This document shows positions 15,945-24,965 of a DNA stretch of 64,000 bases, one piece after another (position 1 is the stretch's first letter; each line of letters starts with the position of its first letter). The notes under the pieces were generated by a model, which was not told the DNA's origin, did no database searches, and worked only from the letters and a program-made list of their open reading frames with translations. The position numbers and the translations under genes are program-made. Source of the stretch: Dehalococcoidia bacterium (GTDB lineage: Bacteria > Chloroflexota > Dehalococcoidia > Lucifugimonadales > Australimonadaceae); NCBI GenBank assembly GCA_965242755.1, contig OZ251500.1, positions 1,601,339 to 1,665,338 on the forward strand, read 5' to 3'.

Positions 15945-16039
15945 ATCGAATCTCCTCTGATTCGGCGGGATAGGCCATTATACGCTTGCGCCGGGCGGCA
16001 AAGGCGGAGGTTCCGCTTGCGATCTCGGATAACGCGCCG

Positions 16040-17941
16040 TCATTCCCGCGCAGACGGGAATCCGGCAAGCGCGCCTACCGCGAATCGCTCGCCGGCGGGC
16101 GGATGCCCTCCTCCCCAGCATACGAGGCTGCCGTCGGGCCGCAAGGCGCAAGTGTCTTGCCAGTCGCAGCTGATCGACGTAAACCGCTCGCCTTCCGGCG
16201 GCGACGTCTGACCCGCGCCGCCATCTCCCCAGCACGCCGCGCTCCCGTCCGGCCTCAGCCCGCATGCGTGGTCGCCGCCCGTGCTGATCGCCGTGAACCG
16301 CTCATCCTGGGGCGCCGACAATTGGCTTATCGGGTCGCCTAACAAGTTTTCTCCCCAACACAAGGGAGAGCCGTCGAGGCGCAGCGCGCACGTATAGTCG
16401 AATCCGGCGCTGATCATTGCAAACCGCTCGCCTTCCGGCGGCGACGCGCTCCCGGAATCGTTGTTTCCCCAACACGCGGCGGAGCCGTCGGCGCGCAGAC
16501 CGCAGGCGTAACTCAACCCGACGCTGATAGCCGTGAACCGCTCGCCCTCCGGCGGCGACAAGTCGCCCCAGTCATCTTCCATCGGCCCCCAACACACAGG
16601 GGAGCCGTCGGCGCGCAGACCGCACGTATGGACTCCGCCCGCGCTGATCGCCGTGAAACGCTCGCCTTGCCACAATTCCGGGTATGGGTAGAGGCCCTCA
16701 TCCCCCCAGCAGGCGGGGCTGCCGTCGTCCCGCAGCGCGCAGAAGTGCAAGAGCCCGCTGCTGATGGATGCGAAACCGGAGGCGAAGCGTTCGTCGTCGT
16801 CGGGCGGCGGCGACCATATTTCAGCCCCAGCCCAACAGACGAGGCCGCCATCGGCGCGCAGACCGCACTTATGCCCGCCTCCGTTGCTGATCGCCGTGAA
16901 CCGCTCATCGGCCGACGGCAAGGCTGCTCGGCCTCCCCAGCAGACGGCGGCGCCGTCGGCGCGCAGACCGCAGACATGCCCGCCGCCGGCGCTGATCGCC
17001 GCGAACCGCTCGCTCTCCGGCAAGGCTCCGAAACTATCGAACCCCCAGCAAACCGGACTGCCGTCTTGCCGAAGGGCGCACGTGTCCAACGACCCGCTGG
17101 CGATCGCCGCGAACCGTTCGCCTTCCGGCGGGGCGATGCCGTCGGTGTTTCCCCAGCAAACCGGGCTTCCGTCGGGTCGCAGCGCGCAAACGTGCCCTCC
17201 TCCCACGCTGACCGTGATGAATCGCTCATCCTCCGCCGGGGGCGTCCCGGGAGTCCATCCCCAACAAACGAGCGTCCCGTCGGGCCGGAGCGCGCACGTT
17301 TGACCGCCCCCTGCGCTGATCATCGTGAACCGCTCGCCCTCGGGCGGCGACGCTTGTCCTTCGCTGTCGCTTCCCCAGCACGCCGCGCTGCCGTCGAGGC
17401 GCAGCGCGCATGTATGGGGCCAAAAGGGAGACGTCCCGCCGCTGACCGCCATAAACCGTTCGCCCTCGGGCGGCGACGCTTGCCCCGCGTCATCGGCTCC
17501 CCAGCAAATGAGCGTCCCGTCGGGGCGCAGCCCGCAGGAGTGCGCTACCCCTGCGCTAATCATCGTAAATTGCTCGCCTTCGGGCGGCGACGCTTGCCCT
17601 GCGCTATTGTCCCCCCAACACGCGGCGCCGCCGTCCGGCCGCAGCGCGCACGTATGGCCACCGCCGCTGCTCAGCGTCGTTGCATTGAGCGCGGGAGCGA
17701 CCGGGGCGGGCGAGGTGGGCGTGGGAGCGGCGGGCGTGGCGGTCGCGGATGCCGCGGAGGCGGTCGGCGCGCGAGGGACGGCGGACGTGGTTGCCGCGGA
17801 TGCGGCGGGCGGCGTAGGAGACGGCGCGACGGGCACCGTAGCGGGCGCGGATGGAGCGTCGGTCGGCGTCGCGTCGGAGTCGCAGGCGGCGACTGCGAGG
17901 AGCGCGAACGCGGCGAGAAGGGGGACGGCTAGTCGGAGCAT
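16040..17941 (-). CDS. Secreted lipoprotein made of about 14 RCC1-like (beta-propeller blade) repeats
   Basis: The signal peptide has lipobox 'LLAVAAC'. Repeats of about 39 aa read 'GG.H.CGLR.DG...CWG....GQ..PP.GERF..IS.G'. The last codons ('FPSARE') are read from a REP element at about 16035-16070. Confidence 0.8.
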   Translation of the reverse strand: MLRLAVPLLAAFALLAVAACDSDATPTDAPSAPATVPVAPSPTPPAASAATTSAVPRAPTASAASATATPAAPTPTSPAPVAPALNATTLSSGGGHTCALRPDGGAACWGDNSAGQASPPEGEQFTMISAGVAHSCGLRPDGTLICWGADDAGQASPPEGERFMAVSGGTSPFWPHTCALRLDGSAACWGSDSEGQASPPEGERFTMISAGGGQTCALRPDGTLVCWGWTPGTPPAEDERFITVSVGGGHVCALRPDGSPVCWGNTDGIAPPEGERFAAIASGSLDTCALRQDGSPVCWGFDSFGALPESERFAAISAGGGHVCGLRADGAAVCWGGRAALPSADERFTAISNGGGHKCGLRADGGLVCWAGAEIWSPPPDDDERFASGFASISSGLLHFCALRDDGSPACWGDEGLYPYPELWQGERFTAISAGGVHTCGLRADGSPVCWGPMEDDWGDLSPPEGERFTAISVGLSYACGLRADGSAACWGNNDSGSASPPEGERFAMISAGFDYTCALRLDGSPLCWGENLLGDPISQLSAPQDERFTAISTGGDHACGLRPDGSAACWGDGGAGQTSPPEGERFTSISCDWQDTCALRPDGSLVCWGGGHPPAGERFAVGALAGFPSARE

Positions 17942-18251
17942 AGGGGGAGTGTAGCACGCTGCTGCAGCCCCTTTCGCGGCGCGGACGCAGCGCTCCGTTG
18001 CTCCCCGTAGCGTTGCAAGTTGGTTCCTCCAGGGTATGTTGGGCTAGGGATAGAGTTTGTCCCAGCCTCGCGCCGACCTTCTCCAGACATAGGGCGGGGT
18101 CTCGTTGTCTAGTATGGCGGTTATCTTGCGCCAAGCGAACGCCAATTCCCTGACTTTCTCCCATGACGGCGCGTTGCCGCCTGGGAGAACGAAGACCCTT
18201 GCGTAACTGCATCTGGCGATGAGGGAATTTTGGGGGAGGGTGCCACCTGGC

Positions 18252-18911
18252 CTACCATCCGCGCGGTTTGGAGAATGTCCCGTCCGAGTCCGTGAGGCGG
18301 TCGGGGAACTGGCAACTCGCCAGGAGGGAAGCGTTGATGCGGTGGACGACGCGGGACGACGCCCGCTGCATCTCCCAAACCCCTCGCCGCGCCCCGCGCT
18401 GAGGGTTGATGACGACGACTTCTTTTTCGAAATCGTCTCGAACCATCCGGACAGGCAGGGCGAGGTCGGAATCGTTGGAAATCATAACGGCGCGCTCGTA
18501 CTCGCCGTTGAAGCAATCCATGAGGAGATGGGATGCGATGTTGACGTCCGTGCCCTTCTCCTCGCTCCTCTGGATCTGCACCTTGAGCGGCGAGGCTGCG
18601 GCGGAATCGCCTTTCGGCCCGTACGCGAACGGATATTGCGGGTACTGTCCTTCGCGGTCTTTGAACTTGCCCTCGACGATGCTCAGTCCGTTGATGGTGC
18701 GGAGCGCCCGAAGGTAGACCTGTTGCCGGCTTGGCGCGTCGGGGCTATCGCTGCGGCTCTTGATGGGGGCGGTGAAGTACTTAATGCGGTTGATGGATGC
18801 GTCGGGAAGGAGCGCGCGCGCCAGAGACTCCGGGTTCAGCCACTTGTAGGGCGTGTTGCGAACGGCGCCGTAGTAGAGGTTGAATCCGTCAATGTAGACG
18901 TTGGTTCGCAA
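18252..18911 (-). CDS. NYN/LabA-like (PIN-related) ribonuclease domain protein
   Basis: 'VYIDGFNLYYG' at the N-terminus and 'EKGTDVNIASHLL...AVMISNDSDLALPV' match the NYN acidic-residue pattern. Long non-coding flanks on both sides. Confidence 0.7.
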   Translation of the reverse strand: MRTNVYIDGFNLYYGAVRNTPYKWLNPESLARALLPDASINRIKYFTAPIKSRSDSPDAPSRQQVYLRALRTINGLSIVEGKFKDREGQYPQYPFAYGPKGDSAAASPLKVQIQRSEEKGTDVNIASHLLMDCFNGEYERAVMISNDSDLALPVRMVRDDFEKEVVVINPQRGARRGVWEMQRASSRVVHRINASLLASCQFPDRLTDSDGTFSKPRGW

Positions 18912-19086
18912 GGCGTCCTTTAAATGCGACGACCGCTCCGAAGAGCGGCCTCGCTACTCGGGGCCTCGGCGCCCGAGGGGGTAATCCCTACCTTAACAGG
19001 CCATGAGGCGCTTGTCAAGCGCTGCAGGACACGGATTTCGTTACGGAAAGCCGCTCGAAGGCGCCTGACCTAGCGCCGCGCTCCCC

Positions 19087-20373
19087 CTACCCAGGCTCCA
19101 GCGTTCGCTGGCCGCCCATGTATGGGACGAGCGCGTCGGGCAAGGGGACGGAGCCGTCCAATTCCTGGTAGGTCTCCAGGAGGGCGATGATGAGGCGCGG
19201 GAGGGCGAGGCCGGAGCCGTTGAGCGTATGGACGAGTTCGGGGCGCGCGCCGTGCTCTCTCCGATGGCGAATGTTGGCGCGCCGCGCCTGAAAGTCCGCG
19301 CAGTTGGAGCACGAACTCACCTCGAGCCACTCGGCGGACGCGGGCGTCCAGATCTCGACGTCGTAACTCATCACGGACGGGAAGCTGAGGTCGCCGGAGC
19401 AGAGTTGCAGAATGCGGAAGGGGAGGCCGAGCCCGCGCGCGACGTCGGAGGCGTGCTCGACGAGTTCGTCAAGCGCGGCGGGCGAATCCTCCGGCGCGGT
19501 GAACTGGTACATCTCGACCTTTTCGAACTGGTGCAGGCGCTTGAGGCCGCGCGCTTGGGATCCCGCCGCGGCGCGCTCCCGCCGGAAGCAGGGCGTGTGC
19601 GAGACGTACTTGATGGGCAGCGATCCCGGCGGCAGGATCTCGTCCGCGTGCAGGCTCGTGAGGGGAACCTCCGCGGTGGGGATGAGCCACAGGTCCTCTT
19701 CCGCGTCGCGGTAGAGCGCGTCGGCGAACTTGGGAAGGTTGCCGCTGTTCCGCATCGTTTCGCCGAGCACGAGGAAGGGGAGGCCGCGCTCCTCGTAGCC
19801 GTGCCGCTCGCGGTGGAGGTCGATCATCCATTGGACGAGCGCGCGCTGCAGCCGCGCCCCGGTTTCGCCGAGCGCGTAGAACATTCGCCCCGACACTTTC
19901 GCGCCGCGCTCGAAGTCCGTGACGCCGAGCGATTCGGCGAGTTCCCAGTGCATTCGCAGGGGGAAGCCGTAGGAGCGCCGCTCGCCCTCTTCGCGGACGA
20001 CGACGTTGCCCGTTTCGTCGGGCCCGTCGGGCACGGCGTCCGCGACGACGTTGGGGAGCGTGAGCATCGCGTCGTGGAACGACGACTCCAGGGCGCGCGC
20101 CTCGTCGTCGAGGGCGCGGGCGCGCTCGCCCATCTTCCGCGCCTCTTCCTTGCGGGCGTCCGCTTCGTCCAGCGCGCCGCTTCGCATCAGCGCGCCGATC
20201 TCGCGGCTCGCCTCGTTGCGGCGCGACCGCAGTTCCTCGAGTTCGCTCAGCGCCTCGCGGCGGCGGGCGTCCATCGCGGCGAGTTCGCCGACGACCGCGT
20301 CGTCCTCGCCGCGGCGGCGCAGCGATCGCTCGATCGTCTCCGGGCTGCGGCGCAGCAGATTCGCGCTCAGCAT
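19087..20373 (-). CDS. serS: Seryl-tRNA synthetase
   Basis: N-terminal coiled coil followed by class II motifs ('GLKRLHQFEKVEMY', 'NGSGLALPRLIIALLE'). Confidence 0.95.
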   Translation of the reverse strand: MLSANLLRRSPETIERSLRRRGEDDAVVGELAAMDARRREALSELEELRSRRNEASREIGALMRSGALDEADARKEEARKMGERARALDDEARALESSFHDAMLTLPNVVADAVPDGPDETGNVVVREEGERRSYGFPLRMHWELAESLGVTDFERGAKVSGRMFYALGETGARLQRALVQWMIDLHRERHGYEERGLPFLVLGETMRNSGNLPKFADALYRDAEEDLWLIPTAEVPLTSLHADEILPPGSLPIKYVSHTPCFRRERAAAGSQARGLKRLHQFEKVEMYQFTAPEDSPAALDELVEHASDVARGLGLPFRILQLCSGDLSFPSVMSYDVEIWTPASAEWLEVSSCSNCADFQARRANIRHRREHGARPELVHTLNGSGLALPRLIIALLETYQELDGSVPLPDALVPYMGGQRTLEPG

Positions 20374-21887
20374 TCCGCCTCTCCGATCCCGCGCTCCTCG
20401 GTTTGACGCTCCTCAATTTGGCGCACCTGGGGGAACAGCATCACGTCTCTGATCGTCTTTTGCCCCGTCAGCAGCATCACGAGCCGGTCTATTCCGATGC
20501 CTAGCCCGCCCGTCGGGGGCATGCCGTGCTCCAGCGCCGTGAGGAAGTCCTCGTCGAGCCGGTCGAGGTCTTCGCCCTGATAGCGTATCCGCATATCCTC
20601 TTGCTCAACGAGCCGCGCGCGCTGGACATCGGGGTCGTTGAGTTCCGTGAACGAGTTGGCGATCTCCATCCCGGCGGCGAACGCCTCGAAACGCTCCGCG
20701 TAGCGCGGGTCGGCGGGGCTCGCTTTGGCGAGCGGCGACATCTCGACCGGATAGTCCACGAGGAACGTCGGCTGGATGAGTTTCGGCTCGACGAACGCGC
20801 TGACGAGTTTGTCTATGAGCCTGCCGCGGCTCTCCGCGTAAGTCGCCGGAACGCCGAGCGCGCGCATACGCTCGGCGAGCGAGGCCGCGTCGGGGCAATC
20901 GTCCAGATTCACGCCGGCGAAATCGGCCACCGCGTCGCGGAGGGAGAGGCGCGCCCAGGGCCCCGCGAGGCGGATGACCTCGCCGCCGCGCTCGACGTTC
21001 GTTCCGCCGACGGCCTCGAGCGCGGCCTGCGGGACGAGCGTCTCCACGAGGCGCATCACGTCGTTGTAGTCCGCGTAGGCTTCGTAGGACTCCAGCAGCG
21101 TGAACTCGGGGTTGTGGTCGGCGTCTATGCCTTCGTTGCGGAAGACGCGCCCGATCTCGTAGACCTTGTCCATGCCGCCCACGATGAGGCGCTTCAGGTA
21201 GAGTTCGGTGGCGATGCGGAGGAAGAGTTCGCGGTTCAGCGCCTTGTGATGCGTTTGGAACGGCTGCGCCATCGCGCCCGCCGCGACCGGCGTCAGCACG
21301 GGCGTGTCCACCTCCAGATAGCCCCGCGCGTCGAAGAACGCCCGCACCGCCGCGAGGATCCGGCTCCGCGCGCGCATCGTCTCGTGAACTTCGCGGTTGG
21401 CGATCAGATCGAGATAGCGCTGCCGGTAGCGCTGCTCGACGTCGCGCAGGCCGTGATACTTCTCTGGGGGCGGACGCAGCGCCTTCGCCAGCAGCGCGAC
21501 GCTGTCCGCGCCCAGCGACGCCTCGCCCGCCTTCGTCCGCAGCATCGTCCCGGACGCGCCCACGAAGTCGCCGAGGTCGAGGTCGTCCAGAAGCGCGTAG
21601 CCGTCGCCGAGCGCGTCGCTCCGGATGAAGAGTTGCAGTTTGCCCTCCGAATCCTCGACGTCGGCGAACGACGCTTTGCCCATGCGGCGAATGCGCGCGA
21701 GGCGCCCCGCGACGGCGGCCTCCGGGGCGGGCTTTCCCGCGGCCTCCGCCTCCGCGAAGGCGCGCGCCGCCTCCGCCGTCGTATGCGACCGGCGGAACCG
21801 CGGGGGGTACGGGTCTACGCCGCGCTCGCGCAGCCGCTCCAACTTGGCGCGGCGGCTTGCGAGCAACTCGTCTCCGCGTTGGGGCAT
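20367..21887 (-). CDS. lysS: Lysyl-tRNA synthetase, class II
   Basis: 'FRNEGIDADHNPEFTLLE', 'ANSFTELNDP' and 'GLGIGIDRLVMLL'. Overlaps serS by 7 nt. Confidence 0.95.
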   Translation of the reverse strand: MPQRGDELLASRRAKLERLRERGVDPYPPRFRRSHTTAEAARAFAEAEAAGKPAPEAAVAGRLARIRRMGKASFADVEDSEGKLQLFIRSDALGDGYALLDDLDLGDFVGASGTMLRTKAGEASLGADSVALLAKALRPPPEKYHGLRDVEQRYRQRYLDLIANREVHETMRARSRILAAVRAFFDARGYLEVDTPVLTPVAAGAMAQPFQTHHKALNRELFLRIATELYLKRLIVGGMDKVYEIGRVFRNEGIDADHNPEFTLLESYEAYADYNDVMRLVETLVPQAALEAVGGTNVERGGEVIRLAGPWARLSLRDAVADFAGVNLDDCPDAASLAERMRALGVPATYAESRGRLIDKLVSAFVEPKLIQPTFLVDYPVEMSPLAKASPADPRYAERFEAFAAGMEIANSFTELNDPDVQRARLVEQEDMRIRYQGEDLDRLDEDFLTALEHGMPPTGGLGIGIDRLVMLLTGQKTIRDVMLFPQVRQIEERQTEERGIGEAEC

Positions 21888-21926
21888 CGGCCTCTCTCCG
21901 AAAGCGGGCTTGCCGCCCGGCGGTCT

Positions 21927-22400
21927 CTACTGAACGGAGACGATCTTCATAGACTGCGACCCGGAGGGCGTGGCGAACTCCACCGTGTCCCGCGCCTTCT
22001 TCCCCAGCAGCGCCCTTCCGAGCGGCGACTCGTTGGAGATGCGCCCGTCGCCGGGCGACGCCTCCGTGCTCCCGACGATGGTGTAGGTCGTCTTCCCCCG
22101 CGCCGACCGCACCTCGACGATGGAGCCGACCTCCACGACGTCCGACTTCGCTCCGGCTTGGGAGTGATCGGGGATGATCACGGCGTTGGCGATCATGGAC
22201 TCCAACTCTTGGATGCGGCCCTCGACGAACGCCTGCTCGTTCTTCGCCTCGTCGTACTCCGCGTTCTCCATATCCCCGACGTCCTTCGAGTCGTGGATGC
22301 GCTCGGCGACCTCTTGGCGGCGCGCGCCGCGGAGTTTGTCCAATTCCTCCTCCAACTCGCGCAGACCGGCGGTCGTCAGATACACGCTATCGGAGGCCAT
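21927..22400 (-). CDS. greA: Transcription elongation factor GreA
   Basis: 157 aa. 'LTTAGLRELEEELDKL...ENAEYDEAKNEQAFVEGRI' and the C-terminal FKBP-like domain are as in GreA. Confidence 0.95.
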   Translation of the reverse strand: MASDSVYLTTAGLRELEEELDKLRGARRQEVAERIHDSKDVGDMENAEYDEAKNEQAFVEGRIQELESMIANAVIIPDHSQAGAKSDVVEVGSIVEVRSARGKTTYTIVGSTEASPGDGRISNESPLGRALLGKKARDTVEFATPSGSQSMKIVSVQ

Positions 22401-22608
22401 CGGTCACCTCGGGAGAAGGAATGCGCGGGAGAAGCCGCGCGCCGGCGCCCGCCGGGGGGACGCGAACGCTGCGGCGGCATAGCCTATTCTACCCCGTGGG
22501 GGGCGCCGGGCGCAAACGGGGGCGGGGACGGGGGGGATGCCGTGAAGCGGCGGCGGCGGGTGAGGGTTACCGCGCGCCGCGCCCCGCCCTGCCCGCGAAA
22601 GCGGGAAC

Positions 22609-24918
22609 CTACTTGAGCGAATGCCTCATTTCCCCAACGGGCAACTCCGCGCTCCATACCTCCCCTACCCCGCTGACGTATTGCCCTGTTCGGATGGACT
22701 CGATGGGGTAGTCGGGGAGCGTAACGCGGGCGAGGCACTTGCCGTCGAAATGCCCGCCCCGCAAAAAGAATTTGAAGCCAAGGTTGTCGAAGCCATGCCC
22801 GCGCCGCCCTCTCGGCAGGTCGTCTAATCGCTCCGGCGTAACGTGCAGGAAAAAGCGCGTCTCTGTGTCCGCCGGGCTGCACGGCTGCTTCGCGTAGACC
22901 AACGCGCTGCCGCCGAGGTAGATGTCAAACTCGGCTCGCGCAAGGGGCTCGCCGGAGACGGCGCTTCGCCACCGCGCCCTCCATGCGTCAGGGTTCAGGA
23001 CGGAGGTGGATTCCCACAACGGCGTTTCCGCGGATGCCCGGATGCCCGGCAGCAATTGTCCCGTCCGGATGGACGCAGTTGGATAGGAAGGGAGAGGAAC
23101 GGAAGCGACGCACTTGCCGTCGAAAACCGCGCCGTGACCAGGAAAGGAGAAACTGCGGTCTTCATACCCGAAACGCGCCCACATAGCGGGCAGGTCGGGC
23201 GGGCGATCAGGGACGACCCACAATCGGAAGCGGCCGGTCGTCGCATCGGCCTCGCCGCAAGGCTCTTTGACGTAAACCAGCGCGCCGTCCAAGCGGTGGA
23301 CGGCGAATTCGGCGCGGATGATCGGACCGCTCGACCTTGACGCGGCGTAGGCTGCCCGCAGATCGGCTTTACGAGAGACGGACATCATCGCGCTGCCGTA
23401 GACGCTCAGCGCGCGGAGCGCGCGCGCCTCGTCCGCCGCGGGTCCGTACGCGAAGGTAAGCGCGTCGGCGTCCGGCGCGGTGGAAACGCGCTCCCTGTCT
23501 GCGTCAGGCAGGATCCGCGCGTTGCGCTCCAGCATGCCGTCGAAGCCGGACATATTCACGTTCACCTGCGCGATTGGGTCGCGGTCGAGGAGCCATTCGA
23601 GCGCTTGCCGAGCCGGGTGCCGCCAGTAGTCCATCGTGTACTGGGAGCCCAGATGTTCCGGAGTCGTTCTATCCACGAAAAAATTGAAGAAGACCTGCTG
23701 GTTCGGATGGAGCAGCGCCATTGAAATGAGCGTCGCGGCCAACCCCGCGCCCGCCGCCCCGTAGGCCGCCGCCCGCGCTTGCCGGAACGCCGAGGCGAGC
23801 CATCGCAGCCCGAACAGAGCCAGCAGAGAGAACGGGGCCCAGAGAAAGTGCCAATGCCGCCACCCGTTGTAGACGTTGAAGTCCAGAGCGATGACGGCGA
23901 GAGCGGGCGCAACGACGCAGCCGAGCGCCAGCGCGCCGAAGCGCAGGCGCGTGTTCCGAACCGTCCCCATCGGCGCTCTGACCGCCCCCGCCAAAACCGC
24001 CGCCGCGCCGACCGCCCCCAGCAGCAGCGCGAACGGCGGGCTCGTGATGGAGAACCATTTCGGCAGATAGTCCGCGGGGAACTCCACGCTGGAATAGACC
24101 TTCCCGCTGAAGAGTTCGACGGCGATGGTCGGTTGAGCGGACAGGACCGACCACCATTCAATAGAGCGTCCAACCGGGTCGGCCCAGAGGAATGGCGCTA
24201 GCGCGTAGGCCGCGAGCGCGCCGGCTAGCGCGAAGCCCGCCGACGTCAGGATGATGCGCTTGCGCTCCGCCCACCCGGACGCGAAGGCGAGGTCGAGCGC
24301 GCGCATCGCAAGAATTCCCGCGACCAGAACGATGCCCATTATGCGGAGGTTGAGGAGCATCCCCGCTCCAACGCCCAGCAGAACAAATGCGGGAAGCGTG
24401 TTTCGACTGAACGCCCGATGCGCGAGGTAAAGCGAGCCGATGAATCCCACGAGGTGCGGAATGTCGTAATTATTGAAGAACGAATGCGCGTGCAAACGCG
24501 GATGCAGCAGGAAGGACAGCATGGCAAGCAAAGCGAGGGGGCGGTTGCGGAACAAACGGAAAGCGAGGAGACACGCGAAAAGCCCGCCCGCCAGAAAGAA
24601 GAGGTGCGCGATCAGATGACGGGCGAGGTAGATGCCTCGGCTGTCATCCAGCCCAGACGCGCGCTCGGCGAGATGGAGAGGCCCCTGGAAGATGCCGCCG
24701 TAGAACTTGTCGTGGCCTATGTTGAGGGCATCCAGATCCCCTTGAAGGTAAGCGATGTTCAGCAGCCAAATGTTCCGAGCGTAGGACTCGTCAACCGTCA
24801 CTCCGTAGTCGTCGAGGACGGCGAGGCCGGCGATCAGAAACAGCGCGAGCGCGAGCAGCGCGCCCCAGTGCGGCGCGAGCGCCGCCCGCAACACTGAGCG
24901 CCGCGCGGCGGAGCGCAT
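22609..24918 (-). CDS. GT-C-fold (PMT_2/ArnT-like) polytopic membrane protein, paralog 1, with two copies of a C-terminal Cys-containing module
   Basis: The start is ATG 24918 ('MRSAARRSVLRAALAPHWGALLALALF'). There are many TM helices and the first loop reads 'LDDYGVTVDES'. The C-terminus carries two copies of '...LVY.K.PC...D...RF.L...P....DLP......G......F.F...G..FDGKC.A.V.LP.YP...IRTGQ'. Confidence 0.7.
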   Translation of the reverse strand: MRSAARRSVLRAALAPHWGALLALALFLIAGLAVLDDYGVTVDESYARNIWLLNIAYLQGDLDALNIGHDKFYGGIFQGPLHLAERASGLDDSRGIYLARHLIAHLFFLAGGLFACLLAFRLFRNRPLALLAMLSFLLHPRLHAHSFFNNYDIPHLVGFIGSLYLAHRAFSRNTLPAFVLLGVGAGMLLNLRIMGIVLVAGILAMRALDLAFASGWAERKRIILTSAGFALAGALAAYALAPFLWADPVGRSIEWWSVLSAQPTIAVELFSGKVYSSVEFPADYLPKWFSITSPPFALLLGAVGAAAVLAGAVRAPMGTVRNTRLRFGALALGCVVAPALAVIALDFNVYNGWRHWHFLWAPFSLLALFGLRWLASAFRQARAAAYGAAGAGLAATLISMALLHPNQQVFFNFFVDRTTPEHLGSQYTMDYWRHPARQALEWLLDRDPIAQVNVNMSGFDGMLERNARILPDADRERVSTAPDADALTFAYGPAADEARALRALSVYGSAMMSVSRKADLRAAYAASRSSGPIIRAEFAVHRLDGALVYVKEPCGEADATTGRFRLWVVPDRPPDLPAMWARFGYEDRSFSFPGHGAVFDGKCVASVPLPSYPTASIRTGQLLPGIRASAETPLWESTSVLNPDAWRARWRSAVSGEPLARAEFDIYLGGSALVYAKQPCSPADTETRFFLHVTPERLDDLPRGRRGHGFDNLGFKFFLRGGHFDGKCLARVTLPDYPIESIRTGQYVSGVGEVWSAELPVGEMRHSLK

Positions 24919-24965
24919 CGGATGCACGGGCGGAGCGGGGACGCGGGGCCCGCCGATGCGCCGCC

